Of a stretch of DNA of 64,000 nt, positions 28,170-36,734 are shown piece after piece. The position numbers and the translations under genes were made by a program. The notes beneath the pieces were generated by a model. It made no database searches. It was given only the letters and a program-made list of their open reading frames with translations, and was not told the origin of the DNA. The stretch lies in sequence record MN091626.1; one strand, given 5' to 3'. Numbering within the stretch: position 1 is the stretch's first letter; every line of letters begins with the position of its first letter.

Positions 28170-28406
28170 ATGAAAATTTTAAGATTAAAAACTGAATGGG
28201 CGTTAGTTTTAGGTATGATATTAGGTTCAACTATTGGTTTAATGTCAAATGATTTCTTTGTAGGAGCTACAATTTCTATGTTGACACCAATAATTACTAT
28301 AGCAATTAATTATGTAATTGGTGATGAAAGAAAATCTAAAATCCAAGAAAGTAATAAATTATACTATATTAGAATGAATAGTGAAAAAGGAGATATATTT
28401 AAATAA
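28170..28406 (+). CDS. 2-TM membrane protein (start re-called from 28155)
   Basis: GGAGG SD, same ATGGAGGAATTTATTATGAAAA as 26669; INYVIG shared with next gene. Confidence 0.7.
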   Translation: MKILRLKTEWALVLGMILGSTIGLMSNDFFVGATISMLTPIITIAINYVIGDERKSKIQESNKLYYIRMNSEKGDIFK

Positions 28407-28606
28407 TGAATAAAGAAAAAAGATTATTGAAACTAAAGCCATGGATATTATTTTGGTTTACTCTTATAACTGGTTTTATCATAGGAGAAATGATTGGATA
28501 CGTAGAAGGGAAATCGTTATTTTTAGGTTTAATTTTGTCTGGAATATGTCTATCTATCAATTATGTTATAGGTGAAATTAGAAGAGATGGATTAAGAAGT
28601 GATTAG
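28406..28606 (+). CDS. 2-TM membrane protein, paralog of previous
   Basis: LK..W...INYVIG. Confidence 0.7.
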   Translation: MNKEKRLLKLKPWILFWFTLITGFIIGEMIGYVEGKSLFLGLILSGICLSINYVIGEIRRDGLRSD

Positions 28607-28651
28607 GATTAAATTTAGATTATTAATTAAATAATAAGGAGGTGCTTGGAT

Positions 28652-28759
28652 ATGTTATTAGAAAACTTTGTTACAATTATCGTGTTACTTGGTTTAATGA
28701 AATTTACAGGTTGTTTTAAATTTATGAAAGAAATCTGGTCTAACAAAGGTAACAAATAA
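28652..28759 (+). CDS. Micro membrane peptide (35 aa), not in ORF track
   Basis: AAGGAGG SD; MLLENFVTIIVLLGLMKFTGCFKFMKEIWSNKGNK. Confidence 0.6.
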   Translation: MLLENFVTIIVLLGLMKFTGCFKFMKEIWSNKGNK

Positions 28760-28836
28760 CAACAAAAGAGTGGATTATTTCTATGATCCGCTCTACATAT
28801 TTAAATTAAAAAAAAAAACGAAAAGAGGAAATTAAA

Positions 28837-29343
28837 ATGAAAAAATTATTAATGGTGTTAGCATTAATCGCTTTAATCGCAGTTATCGGAGCAGCAGGAA
28901 TATTTGGTTATAGTAGTTTTAAAAGCTTAACAGTCAATAAAGAAGATAGTAAGACTGAAGAAGTATCTAAAAAGAAAGAAGACAAAAAAGAAAAGAAAGA
29001 ACAAGAAGAATCAGATAATGTAGAAGTAAATCAACAACAAGATCAAACTCAAGAAGTAAATAATAATGAACGACAAAATCAAACTACAGAAGATAGTAAT
29101 ACAAATGTACAACAAAATCAACAACAAGAACCAGTAGTTGAAGAGAAAACTCAAGTAACAGATAATGAAGGTAATAATATAGATGATATGGATTCAGAAG
29201 AATTTATTTCTAAATATACAGAAGGAATGGATGAAGAAGAAGCTCAAACAGTAAAAGACATGGCTGAAGAAGATTCAGGATATGAAGATTTCTTACGTGG
29301 ACAAGTAGAAGCTAGACAAAACGGACAAGGCGGAAATTACTGA
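28837..29343 (+). CDS. Signal-anchored surface protein, Q/N/E-rich, paralog 1
   Basis: MKKLLMVLALIALIAVIGAAGIFGYSSFK. Confidence 0.85.
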   Translation: MKKLLMVLALIALIAVIGAAGIFGYSSFKSLTVNKEDSKTEEVSKKKEDKKEKKEQEESDNVEVNQQQDQTQEVNNNERQNQTTEDSNTNVQQNQQQEPVVEEKTQVTDNEGNNIDDMDSEEFISKYTEGMDEEEAQTVKDMAEEDSGYEDFLRGQVEARQNGQGGNY

Positions 29344-29366
29344 TAAGAAGAAAAGAGTGAAATGAA

Positions 29367-29834
29367 ATGAAAAAAATCTTAAGTATTTTAACAGCGATAG
29401 CTTTAATCACAGTTATTGGAGCAGCAGGAGTATTCGGCTATAGTAGTTTTAAAGAATTAAATAATAGTAAAGATAGTCATAAAGTTGAAACAAGTAAAAA
29501 ACAAAAAGAATCAGATGATAAAAATAACACTCAACAACAAGAACAAAATACATCAAAAGAAAACAACAATATCCAACAACAATCAAATGAAGATAGCCTA
29601 ACAGAAAATATGGATGAAGAATATAAAAAACAACAGGAAATGTATGAAAAGCAATCAAAAGGTGAAGCTCCAGAACCGGGTTCTATAATTGGCAACCCAC
29701 CAAAAAATTATGAAACTCCAGAAAAAGATAAAATAACTATAAGTGAGTTAAGAGAAGTTTTAGGCGATGATATTGATGAAAGTAAAATTGATGAAGCAAA
29801 AGCGTCTGGCGAATATATTAATGATGAAGAATAA
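29367..29834 (+). CDS. Signal-anchored surface protein, paralog 2
   Basis: MKKILSILTAIALITVIGAAGVFGYSSFK. Confidence 0.85.
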   Translation: MKKILSILTAIALITVIGAAGVFGYSSFKELNNSKDSHKVETSKKQKESDDKNNTQQQEQNTSKENNNIQQQSNEDSLTENMDEEYKKQQEMYEKQSKGEAPEPGSIIGNPPKNYETPEKDKITISELREVLGDDIDESKIDEAKASGEYINDEE

Positions 29835-29865
29835 AAAATAAATAAAAAGAATAGAGGAAAATAAA

Positions 29866-30342
29866 ATGAAAAAATTATTAGTAGCATTATCAATCTTAGC
29901 AGTAATTGTAGTATTAGCAGCGGCAGGTGTGTTTGGATATTCAAAATATAAAGAAGCAGAAATGAAACAACATAATTTAGAAACACAATTAGAAGAAAAA
30001 AATTCCAATGAGCAAACTAATGAAAACGATCAACAACAAGAACAATCAAATACAAATGAATCTCAAAATCAAGAAAATAGTTCAACAAAAGACAATAACG
30101 ACAATAAACAAAAAGTATCTAGGGACAATGTATTTGACTATGCTTTAGCTGCAGTAAATGAAGTAGGTGACGCTGATTTAATGAAATTCCAAGAACCTTC
30201 TTACAGTGATGGTGTATGGACAATTGACGCTAATAATAAATCTGGTTCAGGGTCTAATACTATAAAAGTATACGATGATGGCTGGGTACAGATATATGAT
30301 GGATCTGGTGAAATAGCTCATGAAACAAAAATAGAACTATAA
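29866..30342 (+). CDS. Signal-anchored surface protein, paralog 3, with globular C-terminal domain
   Basis: MKKLLVALSILAVIVVLAAAGVFGYSKYK. Confidence 0.85.
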   Translation: MKKLLVALSILAVIVVLAAAGVFGYSKYKEAEMKQHNLETQLEEKNSNEQTNENDQQQEQSNTNESQNQENSSTKDNNDNKQKVSRDNVFDYALAAVNEVGDADLMKFQEPSYSDGVWTIDANNKSGSGSNTIKVYDDGWVQIYDGSGEIAHETKIEL

Positions 30343-30363
30343 TTATTAAGGAGAGTTAGTGAT

Positions 30364-30609
30364 ATGATCAAATCAATAACAAAAGAAGAATTAGCTTTTG
30401 ATAAATTTATTTCAGATTTAGATTTAACTAACGTGTATGATAGCTTTATTATTAATCTACCTTCTGGACCTAAATTTATCAGATTAAACGAATTTGATGA
30501 AATTGAAGTATATGAGAAGTATGATTCAAATTTAATTAAAATAGTAGATATAGATGGTGAATATGATGATTCATTTTCACTATTCTTTAAAATCACAAAA
30601 GGAATTTAA
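30364..30609 (+). CDS. Hypothetical protein
   Basis: AAGGAG SD. Confidence 0.65.
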   Translation: MIKSITKEELAFDKFISDLDLTNVYDSFIINLPSGPKFIRLNEFDEIEVYEKYDSNLIKIVDIDGEYDDSFSLFFKITKGI

Positions 30610-30615
30610 AATATT

Positions 30616-30651
30616 ATAGTCATGAATCTATTTAAGTAGGTTCATGACTAT
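30616..30651 (+). terminator. Intrinsic terminator hairpin
   Basis: ATAGTCATGAATCTA/TAGGTTCATGACTAT. Confidence 0.7.
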
Positions 30652-30687
30652 TAATTATATATTTTTTTATAAATATAAGAAAGAGAG

Positions 30688-31389
30688 ATGACATTAATTG
30701 TGTATGAAATTTCAGTAGCTCTAATGTTTTTAATTATAATATATTTTTCATTCAATACAATATATAAAACATTAGTAAGTGCGTATAATGAAAAATTAAA
30801 AGGAAAATTCTTCTCTACATCATTTTTCATTTTTAGTTTATTGTTTCCAATAATGATTATTGTATTTTACAATATAGACGGGATAAATATTAAAATAGAA
30901 TATGTTTTATTTTATTTTATACTATTAATAATTAACTTTGTATTAAATAAATTTCTTAAAGTTCATGATATTATAGTATATACATCATTATTCTATTCTT
31001 TATTTATAATGAATTATCATTATGAAATAGCTAATGATTTATATTTTGCTATATTTATTGTAATAATCAATTTAATAATTCCATTAATTAAAATTGAATT
31101 ACAATTAGTAGAAATAATAATTCAAACTGGTGGAGAATATAAAGATATAGACATGAAAAAGAATATAGTTAGACAGAATTTAAAAATAGTTAATTTAAAT
31201 GATAACAATACAAAATTTTCATTAGATGATTTTCTTGAAAATAAATTTAATAATAATGAAGAATCAATAAATACTTTCTTAGATGAAATGATTGAAAAAA
31301 TATATTCTGAAAGAATAAATATAAAATTGTATTGTTATCATATATTAATGGGATTATTAACTATATACTTTTTATTATCTCAGATTTAA
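30688..31389 (+). CDS. Polytopic membrane protein
   Basis: About 6 hydrophobic segments. Confidence 0.7.
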   Translation: MTLIVYEISVALMFLIIIYFSFNTIYKTLVSAYNEKLKGKFFSTSFFIFSLLFPIMIIVFYNIDGINIKIEYVLFYFILLIINFVLNKFLKVHDIIVYTSLFYSLFIMNYHYEIANDLYFAIFIVIINLIIPLIKIELQLVEIIIQTGGEYKDIDMKKNIVRQNLKIVNLNDNNTKFSLDDFLENKFNNNEESINTFLDEMIEKIYSERINIKLYCYHILMGLLTIYFLLSQI

Positions 31390-31431
31390 ATATATATTAT
31401 AAAAATGAGTAATATTAATTAATATTACTCA
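31387..31431 (+). promoter_or_regulatory. Early-type promoter plus perfect palindromic leader
   Basis: TAAATATATATTATAA then TGAGTAATATTAATTAATATTACTCA. Confidence 0.7.
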
Positions 31432-31456
31432 AAAAAAAAAATAAAGGAGTTTTATC

Positions 31457-31987
31457 ATGGAAAATAATTATTATGCAGTTGCACAGTTCCAGAATCAAAG
31501 AGAGTTCAAAGGAAGAGAGTATATTTATAAAGTACCAGAATATTTATTAGAAAAAGAGAATTCTTATTTCAGTAAATACGCATTGGTTTCTAATTTAAAT
31601 TTAAATGAAGTTAATTTAAATGATACTGGAGTTCATAACGATGATTTAGAAAAATTTGCAAGTTCAGTTAAAGTTGTTAAAGTATTAAAAATTATGGATG
31701 AAGAAGAATTTATACAATCAGAATATGTAAACTCTGTAAAAGATTTAGATCAAAGAATTAATCAAGAAGGAGAAACTTTTGAATATAAAAATATCGTATC
31801 GTTCTTTGATAATGAATTAATAACACACATTGATTTTATTTCTAAAGATAACAAAAAAGAAAAATTAGAAAAATTAATGAGAATCAGAATGGAGAAATTA
31901 AATAAAGAAAAGAACTTACAAGAAAGAATAATTCAATATCAAGATAATGAATTAGACGAATTATTTAAAAAATATAAAGAATTATAA
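31457..31987 (+). CDS. Hypothetical protein with C-terminal coiled coil
   Basis: AAGGAG SD. Confidence 0.75.
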   Translation: MENNYYAVAQFQNQREFKGREYIYKVPEYLLEKENSYFSKYALVSNLNLNEVNLNDTGVHNDDLEKFASSVKVVKVLKIMDEEEFIQSEYVNSVKDLDQRINQEGETFEYKNIVSFFDNELITHIDFISKDNKKEKLEKLMRIRMEKLNKEKNLQERIIQYQDNELDELFKKYKEL

Positions 31988-31994
31988 ATATAAT

Positions 31995-32026
31995 ATCCCA
32001 ATGAGATGAATTATTCTCATTGGGAT
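31995..32026 (+). terminator. Hairpin
   Basis: ATCCCAATGAGA/TCTCATTGGGAT then TATTTT. Confidence 0.65.
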
Positions 32027-32060
32027 TATTTTAATTAAATTAATGGGAGTTGAAATGGAT

Positions 32061-32213
32061 ATGTTTGAGACAATATTTTTATTTTCTTTATTATTGATTG
32101 CTTTTATAATAGGCTTTATTGGAAAGAAAAAAGAGTCAATAGCAATGTTATTATTAGCTATGATAATCGCAATTGGAGAAGTCATATTAACAATCATATT
32201 TTTATCAATATAA
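32061..32213 (+). CDS. Small 2-TM membrane protein (50 aa), not in ORF track
   Basis: GGGAG SD; MFETIFLFSLLLIAFIIGFIGKKKESIAMLLLAMIIAIGEVILTIIFLSI. Confidence 0.65.
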   Translation: MFETIFLFSLLLIAFIIGFIGKKKESIAMLLLAMIIAIGEVILTIIFLSI

Positions 32214-32235
32214 TAAATAGGGAGCTGAAACGGAT

Positions 32236-32733
32236 ATGTTAAAAAATAAAGAATTTGAAATTAACCAAGATATTATTAATAATGAATTACTAAAAACAAA
32301 ATACTTAGAAATGGAGATTACAAAAATGTTTAAAAATGACTTATTATTAAATTTAAGATATCTAAAAGATAATCTATTATCATCATGGTTATTTGATATG
32401 AGTGTAGCACATTTTACTAATTTAGAGGTTTTCTATGATCCTGACTATAAAATTAAAATGACTTTTATAGTAGATGATAAAAATATCGAATATACTTTAA
32501 ATGAAGCAGTTCAAGAAATGATTTATAATTTCATGATTAAAAAATCAAATGATGAAAGAGCATGTGAGATTATTAAATCTATTATTGAATTTGAATATTT
32601 TAAAAAGATGAATAAAAAGGGTCATGATATTGATATGGAGTATGCTAATTTACTTATGGATAAAGTTAAAGAATTACAAGATAAATACAATATTAGTAAT
32701 AAACAAGCTAAGAAATTATATATTGCTTATTAA
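32236..32733 (+). CDS. Hypothetical protein
   Basis: GGGAG SD. Confidence 0.75.
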   Translation: MLKNKEFEINQDIINNELLKTKYLEMEITKMFKNDLLLNLRYLKDNLLSSWLFDMSVAHFTNLEVFYDPDYKIKMTFIVDDKNIEYTLNEAVQEMIYNFMIKKSNDERACEIIKSIIEFEYFKKMNKKGHDIDMEYANLLMDKVKELQDKYNISNKQAKKLYIAY

Positions 32734-32774
32734 AGGAGATAGTTATATCTGGAAGAAAAGAGAAGTGATAAATT

Positions 32775-33314
32775 ATGAAAAATAATAAACCGAGTTTAAT
32801 TACATGGTTATTATATTATTGTGACAATGATTCAATTAATAACGCTATTAATTCTATATGTATATTTATTATCTCTACATTAATTATATCTTATACAATT
32901 TTAATTAGTATGTTTTCAAATTTTTCATTAATGTCAAAATTAATAATATTTTTAATTGTGGTTTTGATATCTATATTTGTTATCAAAATAAAATATGATT
33001 ATTTTAATTTTAGAGACATATATGAGTACACAGACTTAAATCAATGTTTTAAGATTGAAGGAGAATACTATTCAAAATGGTATATTAATTTATGTAATAT
33101 AAAAAATTATACAATGTTCATACCAAGACGTTCTAAGGGTAGAAATCATTGGATTAATTCTATAGAGTCTAATCGTCTTTTAACATATAGAGAATTCTTA
33201 AGATATAAAAAGAATAGACTTAAGATAGAAAAAGCAAATCAGAATATTGAAGAAATAAATGAATTTCAGAAGTATATGGAAATAAAAAATAAGAAAAGAG
33301 AGGGGAACATATGA
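32775..33314 (+). CDS. 2-TM membrane protein, paralog of 33311
   Basis: Shared NHW.N.IESNRLLTY.EFLRYK.N.LKIEK. Confidence 0.8.
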   Translation: MKNNKPSLITWLLYYCDNDSINNAINSICIFIISTLIISYTILISMFSNFSLMSKLIIFLIVVLISIFVIKIKYDYFNFRDIYEYTDLNQCFKIEGEYYSKWYINLCNIKNYTMFIPRRSKGRNHWINSIESNRLLTYREFLRYKKNRLKIEKANQNIEEINEFQKYMEIKNKKREGNI

Positions 33315-33934
33315 AAAATAGAGTAAGTATATTTGACTGGTATCTTTATAAAACAGGTTATGATACAATGATACCTTTTATAATTAAAATAATAATGATT
33401 CTCGGATCAATATTATTATTCTTTTCATTACTAGGAGTTAGCTATAAATTAGCATTATTATCTTTATTTGTATTAGTTCCAATAATAATTTCTTCTATAA
33501 TTATAGGTGAAAAATATTTTAATTCAAGAATAATGGAAGAGTATCAACATTTAAATAAATCATATAAGTATAAAGGAAAATATTATTCTGCATGGTATAT
33601 AATATTAAATAGTAAAGATCCATACTTCAAAGAGTTAATGGATATTATGGGAAATGACGGCACTCTTAGTGAAGACCGTAATATACTTTATAATCTAGAC
33701 GGACTATATATGCCTCCATTTAAAAAAGGAGTTATAGAAAGTCATGAAAGGAAATATAAAAATCACTGGAAAAATAATATTGAGAGTAATCGTCTTTTGA
33801 CATATATCGAATTCTTAAGATATAAAGAGAATAAACTCAAGATAGAAAAATCAAATGAAATGATTAAAGAAATAAAAGAATTTCAAGATTACTATAATTT
33901 AAACAATAAAGGAGAAAATAAAAATGAACACTAA
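33311..33934 (+). CDS. 2-TM membrane protein, paralog of 32775
   Basis: Shared C-terminal block. Confidence 0.8.
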   Translation: MKNRVSIFDWYLYKTGYDTMIPFIIKIIMILGSILLFFSLLGVSYKLALLSLFVLVPIIISSIIIGEKYFNSRIMEEYQHLNKSYKYKGKYYSAWYIILNSKDPYFKELMDIMGNDGTLSEDRNILYNLDGLYMPPFKKGVIESHERKYKNHWKNNIESNRLLTYIEFLRYKENKLKIEKSNEMIKEIKEFQDYYNLNNKGENKNEH

Positions 33935-34388
33935 AATAATCGCAGCATTTCCAGGTACAGGTAAATCTTATATTAAAAACAATATCACATTCTTAAAAAC
34001 ATCTGATTCAGATTCAACTAGCTTTTCATGGTTAGTAAAAGATGGGGAAAAGATTAGAGATCCTAGATTTCCAAAGAATTATATTCGTTATATTAAAGAC
34101 CTTTATTATAAGAATGTGATGGATTACATTTTTGTATCTACACACAAAGAGGTTATCCAAGAGTTGATTGATAATAATTTAGAATTTGTTGTAGCTTATC
34201 CTAAACGTTCAGATAAAGAAATTTATCTAAATAGATATAAAGAAAGAGGTTCAGATAGTAAATTTATTGAGCTTCTTGATAATATGTTTGATAGTTTTAT
34301 AGATGATATAGAGAATAGAGTTCCTGAAGAAAACAGAATTGAACTTAATCATAATGAATATTTAGCTAACGTATTAGATAAAATTTAA
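33924..34388 (+). CDS. P-loop NTPase, nucleotide-kinase-like
   Basis: IIAAFPGTGKS Walker A at N-terminus, DSDST, R...R lid-like segment. Confidence 0.7.
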   Translation: MNTKIIAAFPGTGKSYIKNNITFLKTSDSDSTSFSWLVKDGEKIRDPRFPKNYIRYIKDLYYKNVMDYIFVSTHKEVIQELIDNNLEFVVAYPKRSDKEIYLNRYKERGSDSKFIELLDNMFDSFIDDIENRVPEENRIELNHNEYLANVLDKI

Positions 34389-34405
34389 ATAAGGAGAAAT
34401 TAAAA

Positions 34406-34864
34406 ATGAGATACTTTAAAGGTATAGTAGCAGGAAAAGACTTTTTCTTAAAAGCAGATAATGAAGAAAATGCCATTAAGGAATTAGCATCAAAAGAAAT
34501 TAATTCTATAGGATCTTTTACAATGTTAAGTAATGAAAAACAGAAATACCTAATAATTTTCTTTAATGAAGATGAAGATAAATTTGTTGTTGGAAATGGA
34601 TTAGAATCATATATATCATTAGACAGTCTTAAATCTGAATTAGAATCTAAAGATTTAGAATGTTATTATTTAGATTTAGGTAATACAGATAATATCGAGA
34701 TAAACGGTATTATAAAAAATCAAGAATACACATTAACAGAAATAATAATGGAAAGTATTAAATTAACTATGAATGATTTTTATCAACAAGTTATAAATTC
34801 TGTATTAACTGAATTAACTGAAAAAGAATACAAAAATTCAATAGTTGTTAAAAATTTTAAATAA
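34406..34864 (+). CDS. C-terminal-tag family protein
   Basis: MRYFK ... LTEKEYKNSIVVKNFK. Confidence 0.85.
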   Translation: MRYFKGIVAGKDFFLKADNEENAIKELASKEINSIGSFTMLSNEKQKYLIIFFNEDEDKFVVGNGLESYISLDSLKSELESKDLECYYLDLGNTDNIEINGIIKNQEYTLTEIIMESIKLTMNDFYQQVINSVLTELTEKEYKNSIVVKNFK

Positions 34865-34883
34865 CTAGGAAGGAATAAAAATA

Positions 34884-35354
34884 GTGAGAAATAAAAAAAG
34901 AAGCATAGATAGTTTGATAAATAATAATCTAGAATTACCAATTGAGATTACTGAAAATTATATAAATAATTTTATATACAAATCATTAACTGCTATAAAT
35001 AAGAAAAAAGAAATAAAACCAAATCAAACTTATATAATTAATCATAAGAATGAATTATTTAATAAAGCAGATAATTTCATAAATTGTATTTTAGAATTAT
35101 TAAAAGGTGATGTGGGTACTTTAATAGATAAAAAAGATTTAAAGTTAAAAAGAAATGTAAAGAAAGACAATATAAGTAATTGTCTTACAATATATACTAT
35201 TGTAGAAACTTTAACTTACAATAATTCTATAACAATGATGATGGTAAAAAATGTAAATAATACCAATAAGGAAGTAACTGGTGAACTAATATTTGATATT
35301 AATATAAGTGATAAATTAGGTAAAGATAATTACAATGAAAATATTTATATTTAA
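34884..35354 (+). CDS. Hypothetical protein
   Basis: GGAAGG SD, GTG start. Confidence 0.65.
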   Translation: MRNKKRSIDSLINNNLELPIEITENYINNFIYKSLTAINKKKEIKPNQTYIINHKNELFNKADNFINCILELLKGDVGTLIDKKDLKLKRNVKKDNISNCLTIYTIVETLTYNNSITMMMVKNVNNTNKEVTGELIFDINISDKLGKDNYNENIYI

Positions 35355-35362
35355 TTACTATT

Positions 35363-35384
35363 TAAATATATATTATATAAATGA
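35363..35384 (+). promoter_or_regulatory. Early-type promoter (no clear hairpin)
   Basis: TAAATATATATTATATAAATGA, identical to minus-strand 59750-59771. Confidence 0.65.
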
Positions 35385-35415
35385 AGTTAATTAAAATACA
35401 GGAGATGAATTGGAT

Positions 35416-35757
35416 ATGTTAAACGATACTAAAAAAGTTTTAGACAGAATATATGACAAAATAAATGGTGATTTAATTGTTATTTCAGAGTGTAAAGATC
35501 TATTTGATAAGGAATTAAATTACACTTTAACTGAAGGTAATGAAGAAACAACAAATCTTGATTATTTGGCAGATTCTTTAATTGTAGTTTCTTCAGATAT
35601 ATTTACTTTAAATGAAGTACTTAATATTGATGAAGAAACTATTAATAAAGAATTATTAGAAGAATTTAAATTGAGTTATAGAATGATACAAAATTTCCAT
35701 ATGAAATTAGAATTAAGTAGTTATAAATTAAAAAAGATTAAAACCTCGGTTGAATAA
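35416..35757 (+). CDS. Hypothetical protein (ATG 35416; TTG 35410 alternative)
   Basis: AGGAG SD. Confidence 0.7.
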   Translation: MLNDTKKVLDRIYDKINGDLIVISECKDLFDKELNYTLTEGNEETTNLDYLADSLIVVSSDIFTLNEVLNIDEETINKELLEEFKLSYRMIQNFHMKLELSSYKLKKIKTSVE

Positions 35758-35776
35758 ATATAGGAGATGATTAGGA

Positions 35777-36262
35777 ATGAATTATTTAAAGAATGAAAAA
35801 GAGGAGGTCTTTCCAGTCAATGAAGAAGGAATGGAGAATATTATATTCTTTCTTCTAGACTACTCACAGAAAAATGATTATAATACAATGAATATAATTA
35901 AAGAAATAAATGATCACGTGATGAAAGGCGAAAATATAAGTAATAAATTTATTAATGAAAGTACAAAAGAAGTGATATTAACATTAGGTAAAGTAAAAGG
36001 TAATTTAACTAATGAATTAGCTAGAAGCGGATATATAGTTAATTTCTCTAGAAATAAAATATCATTATCGATATATGTAAAAAATAATAATTTCAAATTA
36101 GTAAGAATTTCAGATCATAATATTAATAAAAAAGTAAATAAGAAAGGAGTAATTAGTAATAGGTTTGACTATCAAGTTAAAGCTGACAATAAATTGGTAA
36201 GTAATAAATCTTTAAAGAAATATGGTATTGATGTATCAGAAGGAATTTATTATTTAGATTAA
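35777..36262 (+). CDS. Hypothetical protein
   Basis: AGGAG SD; LVRISDH motif. Confidence 0.75.
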   Translation: MNYLKNEKEEVFPVNEEGMENIIFFLLDYSQKNDYNTMNIIKEINDHVMKGENISNKFINESTKEVILTLGKVKGNLTNELARSGYIVNFSRNKISLSIYVKNNNFKLVRISDHNINKKVNKKGVISNRFDYQVKADNKLVSNKSLKKYGIDVSEGIYYLD

Positions 36263-36284
36263 TAAGAGTATTGAATTAGAAATC

Positions 36285-36332
36285 AATTATATATTATAAT
36301 AATGAAGATAAATATTATTAATATTATCTTCA
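36285..36332 (+). promoter_or_regulatory. Early-type promoter plus leader hairpin
   Basis: AATTATATATTATAA then TGAAGATA...TATCTTCA. Confidence 0.7.
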
Positions 36333-36357
36333 ATAAAAAAAAAAGGAGTTTTATATT

Positions 36358-36651
36358 ATGACAAAATTAAATGAAGAAGTATTAAGAGATTTTCAAGTAA
36401 GAACTGAGATTGATGGAGAATTTGAAGTCATGGAGTCTGATGAGCTTGGTGTTGATGAAGCTTATGATAATGAACTAATTAAAGAATTAGGATTGGATGA
36501 AGATTCAAGCGTGTTTTCTTATGCAATAGCAGAAAAAAATGATGAAGAAAATATGTATACTTTAGAATATAGTCATGAAGGAGTTCTACTAACTATTCAT
36601 GATTATGATGAGGAATATGTTCCTCAAGCTATTTATAAAAATGTAATTTAA
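36358..36651 (+). CDS. Acidic hypothetical protein
   Basis: AAGGAG SD; D/E-rich 97 aa. Confidence 0.75.
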   Translation: MTKLNEEVLRDFQVRTEIDGEFEVMESDELGVDEAYDNELIKELGLDEDSSVFSYAIAEKNDEENMYTLEYSHEGVLLTIHDYDEEYVPQAIYKNVI

Positions 36652-36661
36652 TGATTTAAGT

Positions 36662-36692
36662 ATAGCTGATATCTTTAACGGATATCAGCTAT
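36662..36692 (+). terminator. Intrinsic terminator hairpin
   Basis: ATAGCTGATATC/GATATCAGCTAT then T-rich. Confidence 0.7.
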
Positions 36693-36734
36693 ATTATTTT
36701 AATTTTTTTACTTGAAGGAGATGAAAAGGATAAT

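Noticed and set aside
25547-32441. CRISPR or mini-array interpretation of the repeated motifs
   Set aside because: Repeats are short, separated by hundreds of bases of coding sequence and irregularly spaced; no cas gene
6174-35418. Recurring GGAG(A)TGAATTGGAT(A)ATG lead-in (6174, 9399, 23281, 35401)
   Set aside because: Most simply a favoured SD-spacer context; no additional structure to justify a separate element
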